Shown piece after piece: positions 37,501-52,500 of a stretch of DNA of 64,000 nt. The notes beneath the pieces were generated by a model. That model was not told where the DNA came from and ran no database searches. It was given only the letters and a program-made list of their open reading frames with translations. The DNA lies in NCBI GenBank assembly GCA_977030845.1, contig OZ365112.1:22754001-22818000 (forward strand). The letters are read 5' to 3'. Origin of the DNA: Fimbriosthenelais zetlandica (lineage: Eukaryota). Position numbers and translations under genes: made by a program. Numbering within the stretch: the stretch's first letter is position 1; every line of letters starts with the position of its first letter.

Positions 37501-40500
37501 TAGAAAGGAGCCAATTCGAATGAAGAGAATGTAGGAGAGAGGAAGACAGGGAGGGAGATACCTGTAGAGAGGGGCGAATTAGATAAGCAGTTGTAGAAAG
37601 ATAGAGAGGAGTGTGCGATCAATTCTACAATAAAAAGAAGCTGTACATCAGCGACAAGTCAAGTGAGAACTCACCTCAGGACGATTGATGTTGCGTGTCA
37701 GGATTGGCACAATTCCAGGATGTTTCTCAATCGTCCGGAAAAGTTTCTGGATCTCAGGAGAATCAGGAAACAGCTCAATGAGGTGGATGCTGGTTTCTGA
37801 GGAATAAAGATTATGACAATTATAATGCATTGTTGTTGAAAATGAGTCCAATTACAGCTGTGTTAACTGGCAAAACGGTCAGTAGCATGATACTCACTAT
37901 TCATGGCTACTATATTGTGGAGTCTGTTAAGCAGGACCTCGGCGGCTGTATTACTGGCGTGTACCTGACCAAGTAACCCTGAACTCCTCAGTAGAGGCTC
38001 CATTGACTGCAGTGACGCTACCACCCTGGTGACAACAAAATGTATCATGGTTAGATTTAGCAACAACTTATTATATATTACATCTTTTGTAATTTGATTC
38101 TTCATTGGAGTAAGAGTATGGACTCACTGTTTGTAATCCGATAGGGAGGGGGTTGAGGGCTCAGACATGGAGGTCATGGTAGAGTAGAGGTGTGATAGAC
38201 TGTCAGACATATTACGCCAGGCACCCTCCATCAACCACGGCCAACTGCTCACCCCCGCACCAGATATCATCTCAAACATGGAGGATTGTACAGATACAAT
38301 ATTCTCCAGGTATTTACTCAAGGCCACGTTGAAAGTAAAGTTACTGCTGTCAGACTGAAATGAGAGGAGATAATACACAGTTAACGTTTTACCTTGATGG
38401 ACCTAGCGTTGGTTCTCAATGTCTTAAAAGCTGCTAAGGTCCCTAAAGAATATTCTCACCATTTCAATGCCAAGCTCCCTTTGTATTTTTGTCCAGTTCA
38501 GAGCGCAGAGGTCAGGGACCAGGGCAGGAACCAGGTTGTTCCCAGGCTGACATAATAACTCAGGCATAGTAGATGCAATGTTGATTACCTGGTTCAACTG
38601 TTAATTAAAAGATAGTTGATAAAAAGTTAGTTTTCTTATAAGAAGTCGTCAAATAAAGGGTGCACTGAAGGAAAATAGTTATTTTGAAGGAAATACTTGC
38701 CTTATCCGTATTGGAGGTGATGTCGTTAAGCAGTTGAAGCAGGACATCAGGTAGTCCATTGAGTAGAGTGAAAGCTTTAGCTGTCTCACTATACATGCCT
38801 GTGTCCACAGAGAGGGGACCTCTGATAATAGTCATCACTCGGTCCATGATCATAGTCAAATCTGAAGCACTCCTTATCGAAGCAAGCATGTCATTGGATG
38901 CGTTTGTGCCAGCAAAAGCTGCCTCAATCAATACTGCCAGTTGCTCGGTGTACATAGAAACGCTGGAAGAGTACATGTAATATGTATACATAGGGTTGTA
39001 ACAAATTTATTAAAAATGTATTAAAAAAAGGGACAACAAAGTCAATGACTAAAGGTTAAAGAAAAGATGCCTTACCTCTTGGGTATGTCAGTCATTGTGA
39101 ATTGAGAGTTGATTAGTTGGAGGATTCCTGTCCACACACCTTCATCTAACCAGGTGAGGTCGATTTGGAAGTTAGGTGCACGTTCTGTTAACTGAGTCAC
39201 TAACTTATTCATCTCTACCATTAGTAATGTTAGATTACCACTAGGCTGATCAGCAGAACCTCCCTGAGTGATCAAAAAGGAGAAGTCTTAAGGAAGTTCG
39301 CAAACAAAATTACATGGGGCACACCTAAGTAACAAAGGACAACTACAAGATGTATACCGTGAAACAATCGGAACTTCAAAGGGTTGTTAGATATATACCT
39401 GATTGGAAAGGAAGTCATTAATTAGGAATCTGTCGTTGATCTCTTCAGTCAGTTTTGTAGTATTGAGTGCACACAGGTACTTCCATACATACATCATTTC
39501 TTCCTCAAGGCGGGGAGGAACAGAGAAGAGGTCTGTCTCATTGTTCATGCAGAGGGCCCCGAGGTTGACTGTGCCATTCGCAGTAAGCGACATTATCTGA
39601 AATGGAACATTGGTAACGAACCATGAAGTGATATTTTGATCATTTGGAAGACTCAATGACTTGACATATAGAAATAATTTCATGGTACTAACCAGGTCTG
39701 GTCTCTCATTAGAAGTGGCAAGGAGGGTGGCAATGATGGCAGGAAAATGTGGGAACAGTAGACTCAGTCTCTCCAGTTCAGGTTCGTCCTTGAAAAGCTC
39801 ATTCAATGATATAGTACCATTTGGGAGAGTTTGAAGCTCCTTATTGAACATCTCTACGACCTGGGTGATTAACTTCACCACCATACCATTATCACCAAGT
39901 GTATCAATAAACAGTTCAGACACCACTATAAGCTGGTTAAAACTGTCACTGAACGTCCTGAGGAAAGTGAACATGTTGAACATTTTAGATCAAAGGAGAA
40001 TAAATAAGACAGCCGCATATTTGAGCCAATTTTCTCATAAACAGTCAAAGGGGAGTTTTGATAAGACTTACTTAGTTGGATCCATATTGCCCTGGTTGAG
40101 ACTTGTTATTATATTTTCAAACACTTTGCTCCAGACCGTCTCATTTATCCATGAGAATTCCATAGGAAACACAGTACTGGCATCGATATTTGTCAGACTA
40201 GTAGAGAGTTGGAGCATCTTCATGTTCAAACTAGTCATATTTACCATCTGCTGGGAGCCATCCTCCTGGAACTGTTGTTTTAAATAAATGTATTTACCTA
40301 AGTGGCAGAATGAATCAAAAAAACTAAGAGACAAAATTTAAAAAAGAACTTACTATTTTGGAGAGTCTCTCCATGTCAATGAAATGATCAAGTTCCTGCC
40401 CAATACGAGTGTAATTGGCCGTACATAATACCATCCGAGACTGCTCAAAGACTTCCTGTTGACTCTCAGTTAGGACAAAATCACTAAGGGGACTCGTACA

Positions 40501-43500
40501 AAATCCAACCAAGTTACCGGACATCACACTTTGTGTACCGGGCGCCTGATTCAGGATACTCTGTAATGATATTTCCACCAGTGTAGGTAGTTTGTCCAGG
40601 AGTTTAAACACTCGTGCACTCTCTGGACTTGTGGCTAAGATGGAATCAAGAGCGAGTGGACGGGACAGGAAGTTATCATATTGTTCAAGAAGGTAGTCAA
40701 CAAGCTGTTCCTGCTTGGAGAGAATGGATGCGAACTCTGAAGGAAGGGCTGGAAGACTTTGAAAAAGTTGATCCAACATCGGTAACAGTTGTGCCATTAA
40801 ATTCTCAAGCCTGAAAAAAAGAAAAATAGTAATGCAATAACTTATTTCAGCCGGGATAAACATTATGTTAAATGAAGTAGGGTACCGGGTATAACATTGT
40901 TTAAAACAGGCATACTCACGTGGCATCAGCAGTTTTGTTCATGACATGACGAGAGATCCTGTCCAGCATGTAAATGTAATCATTGAGGAAGTTGTCTATG
41001 GGGAGAATAAGACCGGTGTTCACCGTCTGAATGAAAGCTGATAGAAGGTTGGATGACTTAGTTGTCTCACTGACAAGGAGGGTGGTGTTCACACTGCCAC
41101 GTGTTATATTGCTGGTCAACTGTAAGAGCAGAACAGATCCAGGTAATGTATTGGCGATCATAATGGAATCCTGTACCTCAGCCTGTACTTATACTCCATA
41201 TTATAGATCACCAGAATAAAAAGATTAGACTAAAACTATGTGATATGACTTACAATTTGTTGTATTGTCTTTAGAGACATGTCCATCTCTGCTATTTCTC
41301 TCTCCAGCGCCGTATAGTTGAGCATACAGAGGGTATGAGTGATGTCACGGAATGTTGAGTTTAACCTTGGTGGCACCTCAAAGAGACGTTCAGGATCACC
41401 AGAACAAAGCGCCTGTAGATCACCTTGTAGGACGCGGTAGGCACGGTCAGGCTTGTAGAGGAGGCTCAGGGTTAAGACCTCATCCACGACTAACATATGT
41501 GGAATGATCTTTATCAGCTTCCCAAGGTCTTCCTTATCAGCAAGAAACTCATTGTGGGTCAGGTTCCCCTCTAAAAAAAAAGAGGAACAAACATTAAGTT
41601 CAAGCAATGTATAGGGCATAGAAAGCCTCGTCTAAAATGGCTTTTCTACCTGATATGATTCTGACTCATTCAGCAAGTATAGGCCTACTGATAATAATCA
41701 AAATGCTAGCAATTGATTGTGGAGATTTTCAGTTTGATATGTGTATAGTTGGACTGACCTATGACTTGTTGTAGGATGGGATTGATGTACTGTAGGAGAG
41801 CTGTGGTTTTAATCATCCATGTCTCCAGCTCACCCTCTATGGTTATATTGGTGAGGATGGTGTTGATGATAGACAAGTAATTTGCCGTCAACCTGCAGAA
41901 ATTAAACAACCAGTTGACATTATGCCATAAATGATAGATGTAGATTCTACAAGATGATGCTGATACTATGACATTTTCACTCACATTTCAGTGTTTTCAG
42001 GAGAGGAGAGTCTAGTAGCTAACAGTTGGACTAATGATGACCAGCTCTCTGCATGGATAGTTGGACCGAGAAGTTTGAGACCGAGGGAAGTGGCATCAGT
42101 AGATCCTAATGGTGAGTTAACCACCTTCTCTATCACCTTCATCAGTTTATCAGCTGTCCTGGTGAAGGAGGTCAAGTTAGCTCTCCCATCCATTGGTGTA
42201 CTCAGCTGAAGAGAAATAGCAGGTCAAATGAATGAATCTAGATGGTTTCTTGGTAGTATTTTGATCTCAATTAAACATAGTAATTTCCAAAGTTTACTGA
42301 TAATTTATTGGATTGATTGCTCAAAATGTATGCTATGATGCTCTTGAGTATTGGCGTTGCTTACCACTTGTTCAAAGACACTGTAGTTGAATCTTTGGCC
42401 AAGTTCCTCCTGTAGTTTCTCTGGGTCAAAACGGCAGAATTCAGCTGTCACTTTGTTGAACTCTGCTGTCACGTTTTCTGGTATGACCAGCAGGCTGTCC
42501 ATAGATGGACTGCACAATGCCTGAAGTTCTCCCTCAATAATGCGTCTGGCCTGAAATTACAAAAATAAAACCACATAATATCAACTATACAATATGATAT
42601 GAAATGAAATTGATATCAAATTCTGACACTTTTCAGTATTCACTTTGCTGACCTCTTCTGGTTTGGAGATGGCGGTATTGAAGAGGACCTCAAATACAGT
42701 AGGAGCGTAGGGTATCATTCTGATAAGGCGCTGTGTTTCTGGTGGTAAGGCTTTAACCATGTCTATTGTCATATTGACAGCTGAAAAAGATGACAATGAG
42801 ACTTAGGAGATAACAGTCAGTTTACAGTAGAATTTTGCCACTGAAGAGGAATCGACAATAGTATGAGGTGAAGGATGTCCAGTCATGTGTGACCCACCTG
42901 TGAGGGGTTCCACCATGTCGATGAAGAGAGCAGCCATAGCTTCAGCTTTGTTAATGAGAGCGTTTAGCTTGAGAGATGATGTGACATTAGATAGTAAACC
43001 CTCCAGTCCAGGTATCAAGGACATCACATCCTCAGGTAACCTGTAAAAGCAATGAAATAATAGGTAGTCAAACTCTCTGCCTGGACGAGAATAAACAATA
43101 CATAATGTGGTAAAACCTTATTGACAAATTTTATGACTTACATGGAGAGAGGGTCTTGTTGAGTAAGCAGTGAGAGGAGTCTGCTGAGGGTGTTGTTCCA
43201 CACATACATGTCAATAAAACTAGTATCAACCATGGGTAGAGCAGACATGCTCCAGGTGTTCCAGAGTTCAGCGAGGTGAATAGACCGCGCAATCAGAGAT
43301 GTGACATTCACCCGCATTCCCTCAGCTGGTGGATTCTCAATCTAATAAAGAAAAGATTACACTCAATTTAAAAACCTAAATACAGAAGTAACACAACTTC
43401 AAGGGCTCAACAAGGGAGTTAACAGACTTTTAATAATCTGTATTGCTTACTATGTTCATTATCTCTTGGACAAAAATGACATCATCTAACTCCTTCGCGA

Positions 43501-46500
43501 GAACCTGCTCATCGACAGTACACAGCTTCTGTCGTACGTTAATAAAGGGACTCTGACCCCCGGGTGGGAAAGAGAAGGATGATGTTGGTAGGTTACAGAT
43601 GGTCTTCCAATCACCAGCAACCAGCTGGGATACCTACAATAAAAGCAGAGATAGCATCTTATTAGATTCGGGGGACCATTTACATTGATACTGACAAGGG
43701 ATAATGATATTGAACTCATTGGGAAACCATTTACATTGATACTGACAAGGGATAATGATATTGATAAGACTTACACTGCTGGGACTCACTATGGCTGTAG
43801 TGATGATGGTCTCCAGGAATAGAGGCATGTCAGGTAATGTACTGAGTAACTGGCGAGTCTCAGGACGTCCTTTACCCAAGTCTTCTAAAGTGAGATTCCT
43901 CCCTGAAACAGTACATTCAATGACCAATTTAGAGACAGTGAATGGCATAAGAACTGTATGGTGGGAGAGCAAGGTTAATATAGCTAGGAAGCCGTACCAA
44001 TGATATTCTCCATGTCTCGGTTGAGTGCACCTATGGCCTGGTCAATCTGGATGAGCATGCTATCCAGACCAGCTGATGTGATCATATCGGCCAAGATTCC
44101 CTCCAGACCAGCCAAGCTGCTCCCTAATCCAGAGGACAGGCTGAAAAAAATATGATAAATTTGATCAGAAAGAGTATCTCTCGGGCAATATTTTAGTTTT
44201 GTTTTTGCGACGTTTAAATCTTTAGGCAATGTTTTAATGGTTCACGTAAATTGTATAGTTGAATACCTGGTGATATCTTGTTCCATGGTGGCCACACGTT
44301 CCCACATGGCAGTCCAGATGGTGGCATCAAACAGTCTCATGAGGTCTGGTTCAGTAATAGGTGGGTGAGCAATGATACCTTCCACGGTCTTCCACAGTCC
44401 AGTGACATTATCCATGAGCTGACTCAGACTTGCTCGTGGTAGGATCACATCAGGAGACATCTATAAGAAGAAGAAACATAGTTTTAAAAACTTCAACGTA
44501 CTGGTTCAACATAATTAATGATGGATGAAATATTTTAAATCAGAGGTATGGTTCAGGAAATGACACTATTTATGTCCTACACCTACCGCCTTGCTTATCT
44601 CAGGCACGTTGATAAGGTCACTCATTTCTGTTTGGACTGCATCATAATCCAAGATACAAAGTGTGGAGAGTGTCTTGAAGAATCTCACTGCTTCGTCAGG
44701 AGAAACACTGAATATCGAGCCAGCCTTCCGACATATCTCATCAAAGTTCCCATTGTAGATCTCTTGCATCTGTGGAAGTAAACGTTTATCATAATAACTC
44801 GTGTAACAATTGAGTTTTGTGATTAAACATACAATATCTAGTTGTTAGGTTACATACCTTGTCTGGGGAGTTGACTGAGGTAGTGATAGCCACCTCCATC
44901 ATGAGTGGGAGATGAGGCAGGAGTCGCACTAACTGACTGGTGACAGGCTTGTCTGATAGGTACTCTGTGATACTGACATTCAGGGCTGCAGGACAATAAA
45001 AAATCATTATCACATTGTCATCACGCAGCAACAAAAATAAGGAAAATACTCCAGATAAATAAACTGAGAGAGGACATGAGAGACTTACAGAGTGGTGTTA
45101 GCTGAGTTTTGACGACATGAGAGACATGTGTGATACTGTTGACTAACTGACCGAGCTCCATGTCTGAAAGCACCTTATCAATGGCATCCCAAATACTCGG
45201 GTAGAGGTTCCTCAGGGATGAGGGCAGACTGCACAAATAAGGAAGAATCAATTAATTGTATTATTGAAAAGGTTTTAATAAGTGAATGACCAACATTTTA
45301 CAGTTTGTATAAACTGTCCAGACATTTCTAATTCTCCTCTTTTTCTTTTATTTCCTTTTTTTCTTCTTTTCCCCCACAAAAAGGCATATACTTACTTTGT
45401 GACAAGTTCATTCCTGTCGAGGCCCTGTAGGAAGGTGAGAGAGACATTTCCCCACAGACTGGGGTCAGCGAACACGAAGCTGGCATTGGTCTCAAACTTG
45501 GTAAACGCTGTCAGCGTTTTCACCAGGCTGTCAGTGGCAGCCATCAGTTCTGTGACATTGCCTTCTCTTTGAGACCCAGCTTGTAACTGACAAGAAAAGT
45601 GGGATGGACATAAATTGATAGTGTAAAAAAATTGATTGTAGTAAGGAAGTTACTAATTCACATGAAATATAAAAGAAAGTTAAACAGGATATCTTTTCTT
45701 TCTTGCACACTCACCACTTTCTGAATGCGAGGGAAGTCAACGAGTGGATGGAGCTCACGACTGACCGCTGTGTAGTTGGTTTGGAAGCAGAAAGAGGACA
45801 TGGCCAGGATGTAGTTGTTCTCATACGGGCTGGGAATGATCACCTGGTTCTCTAATGGTAACTCACAGAGAGATGCTACATCACCAGAGAGGAACCTCTT
45901 CAACTGTAAAAGAGGAAAATATCAGATTATTGATAACACAAAGTCACCTCCTCAAAGTTACCTCCTGAATAAAAAAAGATAAAAAAGATAAAGATAAAAA
46001 GTTCCATGAAAGACTTACCAAATCTGGGTTTTGCAGGGCTGTATTCACTAAGACTTCTGTTATAGATGAGATCTCATTTAGACCATTCATAAGGAAAGCT
46101 GTATAAGGTCGTGAGAAAACCACTTCAGACAAGGTGATGTTTAGTGCTGAAATAAAATGAACATCATTTATCTCTGAACATGTTTTGTGATGTTTTATAA
46201 CCTTTCATATCACCGTTCCTAAAGTAGGGGTACTTACCCACAAGTTTCTTTATTTCTTGATCAACAACTGTTGTGAAATCTGTTGCTAATCCAATCAGAG
46301 GTTTCAGAGCCATGGTGGTGTTCATCTGCTTGAAGAGGGACTCCAGTACAGGCGACAACTTGGTGGCTGCTTCTACCAGACTGAAATTAGGTGAATGTCG
46401 CATTACATAAAGTTTCCTACATTAACAGTTCTCTTGAGTTTACAGATGTGAATTATGCAGATTTGGATCTTATAATTTTGTGTCATTTTTGTCACCTTTC

Positions 46501-49500
46501 ATACAGTGTTTTGTCCTCCATGGTTGCTGTGAGACGAGTGTGCATACCCGACCACAGAGAGGCATCCAGCCAGGAGAGATCCATGGTAGGTACAGTCTGA
46601 GACGTCAGACTCATTACTAGATCCTGCAGCTTCACACCAATCTCAACCATGGCGAGAGGATCGAAACTGTCATTAGTGTCCTTAGTCACCTGAAAGTCAA
46701 TGAAAAGTGGAGCAGATACATTAGAATTGGAAATCCAAAGTCCAATCCGAAAAAGATCAGTTTAAGAATGAATGAAATCAGTTGATTCACAAATGACTTA
46801 CGACTTCATCAATGGCCGCAGTATCAATTACTCCTGCCAGTTCCTCTGCTAGAGTATTGATATCAACAGAGCAGACAGTCATATGGAATGTTTCAAAATC
46901 TTGCTTCTGCTGAGGTCTTATCTCAAACTGTTCCTCAGCTGCCTTCTCACAGAACGCTCTCCAATCACCAGCAAGCAGTGGTGAGGACTGTAGCTGAAAT
47001 TATCACACATATTTGAACTTTCATATCAGGGTTGCCATTTCCCTAGATACTGATGATATATGCAGTTTTCAACTATTTGGGGGCAAAGATTCCCTTTATG
47101 GCTTTACGCTTGTTACAAAATAAATTCCTTACCTTGGCAGGGTCAATGAAGACTGTAGAAAGAATAACCTCCATTGCTGTAGGAAATTTGGGCATGATGC
47201 CCACAAGTTTAGCCACTTCCGGTCTGTTCTTCGTTAAATCGTCCAGTGTCAGATTCTTGGCTGTAAATGAAATGATCAAATATCATGTTGAACCAGGCAG
47301 AAAAATCGTGCATCCTGATTAGAAAGAAAAACTATGAGTCATACTTACCAGTAAACTCTTCTAGGCCACGGTAGACAATATCCATGATCTTTGTGAAATC
47401 ACTGAACGTCTCTGTGGGGACCGGAAGTGACGGAAGCAGCAAAGGACTCATCGTCATTAGAGCTTGGGACAGCACCTCTTCAACACTGCAATCAATGAGT
47501 TACAGATGTAAACAGTTAATATGCTTTCTATATGCTATAATTTCCTATTTCTCTCTCCTATTATATAGAACCTTTTAGAGAGGTCTTTAGCGAAATGTTA
47601 TATGTTTCATCAATACTTACTTGATAGTATGAAGTGTTTGGTTAGCCTGTCCGATGATGTTGGACCATACAGCAGGGTTGGTTAGTTCACCCCAGATGTT
47701 GTCCAGGGTGGGTGGGTTGTCAGACATGACTGTCAGCAGATTAATGTAACCATCCATGTCTCTTATCAAGCTCTCAACATCAGGACGCTGGCTCGGTCCA
47801 TTCAAGGCATCTTCAATCTGTTTTACGAAATGTTTTTGTTACAACTATGCTTCTTGATATCAATGAAAAGAAGGTTTAAATCACCTTGAGAAAAGTTGAA
47901 ATGGAAAATATGGCTAAATACATAGTTAAGGTTCAGTACCTTCTGGGAGAGTTTGGTGATGTTCTCTACAGCAAACATGAAGGAGGTGGTCAGGTTCCGG
48001 GCTTCCTCTGGTGTCAGTGACTTGGCCAGCTCACAGAAGGCTGTGTGAACCTTCTCTAGGTTTACTCCAGAGGTTGCTATCTCAGGGAAGAGTGTTAGCA
48101 AGGCAGACCTATTGTTACAGACCACTCCCGGGTCCTGCAGCCACCTTATCATTTGGTTCACCTGAAAAATGATAGGAGGATATATTGAAATTTAGGTTTA
48201 AATCTTTCGACCTGAACGGCACTGTTAAGTAGATGCAGATATTATAGTTGAAAGTACAGTATCAAACTTACCCTATGTGGGTCCATGATGGAATTAGACA
48301 CTGCCATCATGACCACGTTGGAGATCTGAGGAGAGTCTTGTAGCAGATCAATGAGTCGTTCTAATACCGGTATATGGACAAAGTCTACCAGATTCAGACT
48401 CCGCCCAGTCACTGAAAGATATACGGGGTTAGTAATTGTATGATTGGAGTTGCCATCATTCAGAAGATGTACTTCAAAAATTTAAGTTTGAAACTCATTT
48501 TGTTTTGTCTTACCATTGAGTGCTGGCTCGTTGTTGAGGAGGTTGAGAGTAGCTTGCACAATGTTGATAGCTCTGTTATATTCTACAGGCACATTGTCAC
48601 CTGTTATATTATACAGGGTGTCATGCACCGTAGATAACATCCTGACAATCCTGAAAGAAAAAATCCACCATTGTCACCTTAATCAACAAAAAGGGAAGTC
48701 AAGTTTCAACCAATAAAATCCGAACTGAGACAATAAGTTATAGCAATTAGATAAACTTACTGGAATGTGTTTTTGGTGTAGTTGTCGGTTAGCTGCATGA
48801 ACTGCGCCTGCATGCCGTCTAGATTCATCATACTCATTCCAGGTAACATGGCCTCCTCAGACATCAACTTAGACATGTACTTGGAATTGGTTGTCAGGGT
48901 TCTCAGCAGGTCATTCCAGTCTACTTTTACATATTTACGTAACATAGTTGTACTCATTAGCGTGTCCATCTACAAGGGGAAAACAGCAAGATCAATTCAT
49001 TAACGATGTCAAACAATTTAACATTCGCTCCTGGTCATTTCTTTTTCAAAAGAACGAAACACTTAATTAAAAGTGAGTTTTTACCATTTCTTGATATTTC
49101 TTGGCCTTAGGATCCTCCATAAGTTCCAACTGTACTTCAGTAAAGTTCATTTCACACAGCATCTTCTCCACCTTTGATATTTGACCAGGATTTTTGAAAT
49201 CCATCATGTCTGCCAGACTAAAGTCACCCTGGCACAAACTCTTCTCACTTAGATCAACTGTGGAAAGCATCTTCATAATCTGCAAATAGTTGCGAGGGAT
49301 TTCAATGAAAGAAATACATCTATGTTATGAGGAAATAGATATAACAGGCACAATATTGTTTAATCATAGTTTTTGAGCACATGGATGATTATTTTACCTT
49401 CTCTGGGCGAGCCATGGCCGTCATCACAGCGTCACTGAGATCAGGACTGGCATTAAACACTGCTTTTACCATCTTACTTAACTTGGTGTCGTCCGACATT

Positions 49501-52500
49501 AAGCTGGAAAGGTCCAACTTATTGTTTTCTGAAAACAGACATCACAAACAAATACAGTATATCACTATCAGAGGTAAACCGACCTTCCTGGCAGTCCTAA
49601 CTATAGTCATAAAGTGAGTCTTCATGTGTCAATACCTTCAAGTGAGGCCATCATGTTGTTCATGTCCTTGGCCATGGTAGAGATAGCATTTAGTTTGGCT
49701 TTCATTGAGCTCCACCACGGGTCCCGAGCTTTGGCCCACCTCCGTTCCAACCCATTCAGGACATTGAGGTAAAACTCCTCCATCCTGCCAAGACAATGTT
49801 AGATTACAATAAAGGTAATTAGATAATTCAGTCATGGAACGAAAGAACAAAATCAATGCAAGCATCGTTGGAAGTATTTTCGAGCCTTCACCTTTGATTT
49901 TCCTCTTCATCGATGGAGTTGATGGCATCACTGATGGCATTTTGAGCCCGGGAGAAAGCCTCAGGATTGAAGCTCTCCATAGCTTTAGCCATCTGTATAG
50001 GAGCCCAGTCATCACTGTTAGCACTAGCCATATGCTTCATGTACTCCACACTGGTATCAAACAGACTCTCCCATGTAAACTTGTCGTCATAGTTGGACTG
50101 AAGTGGAAGAAAGATTTCATCAATTATTGGCAAATATTTGGCAAATATCTAGAGTCTATTCTTGATTATACATATCTCCATGTCCAGTTTATATCTTTTT
50201 AGATAGAGAGGTTTAGAATTACCCCATCAAAAAGCTTGTTGATATTCTCCATCCAGACTGATGCCGGTTGGAGGATGTCAGTGGGTCCGATCTTACAGAT
50301 GGCTTTCTGGATGTCGTCAATTGGGACATCTCGAGGTAGGTTCATCACACTTCCAACAGGTACGGGTAGGCAGAAGAGACCTATAGGGTCAGACGGCACG
50401 AACAAGAGCTTCCTCTGTCATAAGATAAAGCCATATTATAATGAGCTATGAACGGAGAACAAGATGCTGGTGAATTAAATCATTCTGCTCTAAGTGATGT
50501 TCTAGTGTCTGTGAACATGGGACTCACCTTTTGCTGATTATTGAGCATGTTAGCAAAGGACTGAGCCAGGTCAGCTCCATACTGAAGCATATACTGTAGA
50601 ACCCTTCCAAAGTCTTCCTTGTCACTCATGTATGCTGCAACAAAATTCAAAATTATGTTTACTTACTATAACTATCGTGCAAAAGATATCCCGGAGGTGT
50701 TGAACGATGATGTGGAGGGTATTATGAGATAAGATTAAAGTACCATCAAGTGTAGCCATTTGGATGTTAGATGAGGTCATGGAGGAGTAGACACTGAGAA
50801 TGACAGGCTGGATGTCCTTCCATAAAGTGCTGTTCTCAAGTATCTTCCCCCAATTCATGACGGAAGAACGAAGCCTTTGAAGGACAACAAAAATGAGTTA
50901 TATAACAAATTCAATGAAGCTAGTTTTTTAAACATGAAAAAGGTAACAAAGTTAAGAATATTTGGTCTTCTGAATATTCAAGACAGACAAATCAAGGAAA
51001 TGACATCAGGTTTTATTTAAATGAACTCACAAGGGCATGGCAAAACTTTGTTCCAATTTGGACATCAAACTTTTCCAGTCACGGTTACCAAAGTTTAAGC
51101 TGAAGAGACCTGCATCACTCATGACAGTGGACCAGTCTACACTGGCCAGCTCTCCCTCGGGTGAGACTGAGTCAGCCATCTGCCAGGCTCCAAACACAAG
51201 TTGGCTTACATTGGCTCGGCTGTCCCACTCTGACGTCATGATGTCAGTTGTACCATCCAGAACTCCAACCACTTCTCTCACCTGCAAAAGAACATTTACC
51301 AGTTTCTTTACTTGTAAACATCCTCCAAGGCGTTTTTTGTTAAAACAGTCATGTCAATCTCAGTAGTGTCAAGCATGTCAGTGGCTTACATACCTTATTT
51401 TCTAGATTTTTCGCACCAGACTCTTCTATGAATTTGTTCAGGAAGGAGATGAGATTTTCGTCACAGAGTGAAGATTTAAGGTCATCAAGAGTTCTCGGGG
51501 AGACCATATCAATGTTCAGCACTCCCTCCAGACCACCACCTCCACAAAGGTTAGCCTCCAAAGCAGCTGGGTCATCCATCACCATCTGTGGAAGAGAATG
51601 GAAGGGAGTAAAATTATCAGGCTTACATAAACGATAAGGACCCAGGGTGAATTGATCATTGCTGAAATACTACGTACCAAAAGGACATCAGGGTCAGTTA
51701 GAAGGTTGATGACACTTTCTGCATTGTTAGCGCCTATCTGATCTAAAGCCTGTACTAAGTGTTGGAAGGCACTGTTGTTGGCCAACTGCTTGGCTAATTT
51801 CTCATCCAGACCTGCAACACATTGCAACAAATCAGAAGACAAATTACTCATGGAAAACTGTAGAGGAACAAAGAGGTACTTGAAATAAAACAGGGTCCTG
51901 ACTTTTAGTAGAGAGTGCGTTTTTTTTAAAGACAGATTCATATTAATTTCCCCATCTTACCGGGTAGATCTTGGACAATGTGCTCAACAATGTCCATGGT
52001 TATGTTGGCAGCTATCAGGATTGTTCTGATGTAGGGCCACATGACTTGTCCGCGAAGTGCCCCTTCTAGAAGGGAACTGGTGGCAAGGACTTGGCTGAAA
52101 CTGAAGAAAAATAGTAACGGTAATTCGTTAACAGCATTTCAAACATATCTGAATTACAGTTCGAGAAATTGGAGTAGAATTTCAAAAACCAGTGAGTGAC
52201 CTTCAGGCTATCATTGGTAGCCTACGGACGATTGTACTCACGTAGGTGTGACTGGATCAGTGGTATTGAGACCCATGATGGTGGAAGCCAGCTGAGCCCC
52301 AGCTTCCCACACCTCCTGAAGGTTACCATTCTGTATACTGTCCAGCACAGGGCTTAACTGAGGAGACAGCGTCTTCACCTGACTGATCATCCGTGAACCT
52401 GAGGACGCCAGCTCTGTCCAGTTGAGGCGGTCTCCAGCCGTGCTACTCATCACAGTTAACTAAATACAAAAATATTTAAACAATTAGGTCATCACAATAG

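Noticed and set aside
37275-37622. Repetitive ORFs ([11 protein letters not shown]...)
   Set aside because: By-product of the 54-bp minisatellite in an intron.
43676-43765. 38-bp tandem duplication (52-bp spacing) in an intron
   Set aside because: Real, but ordinary slippage with no evident consequence.
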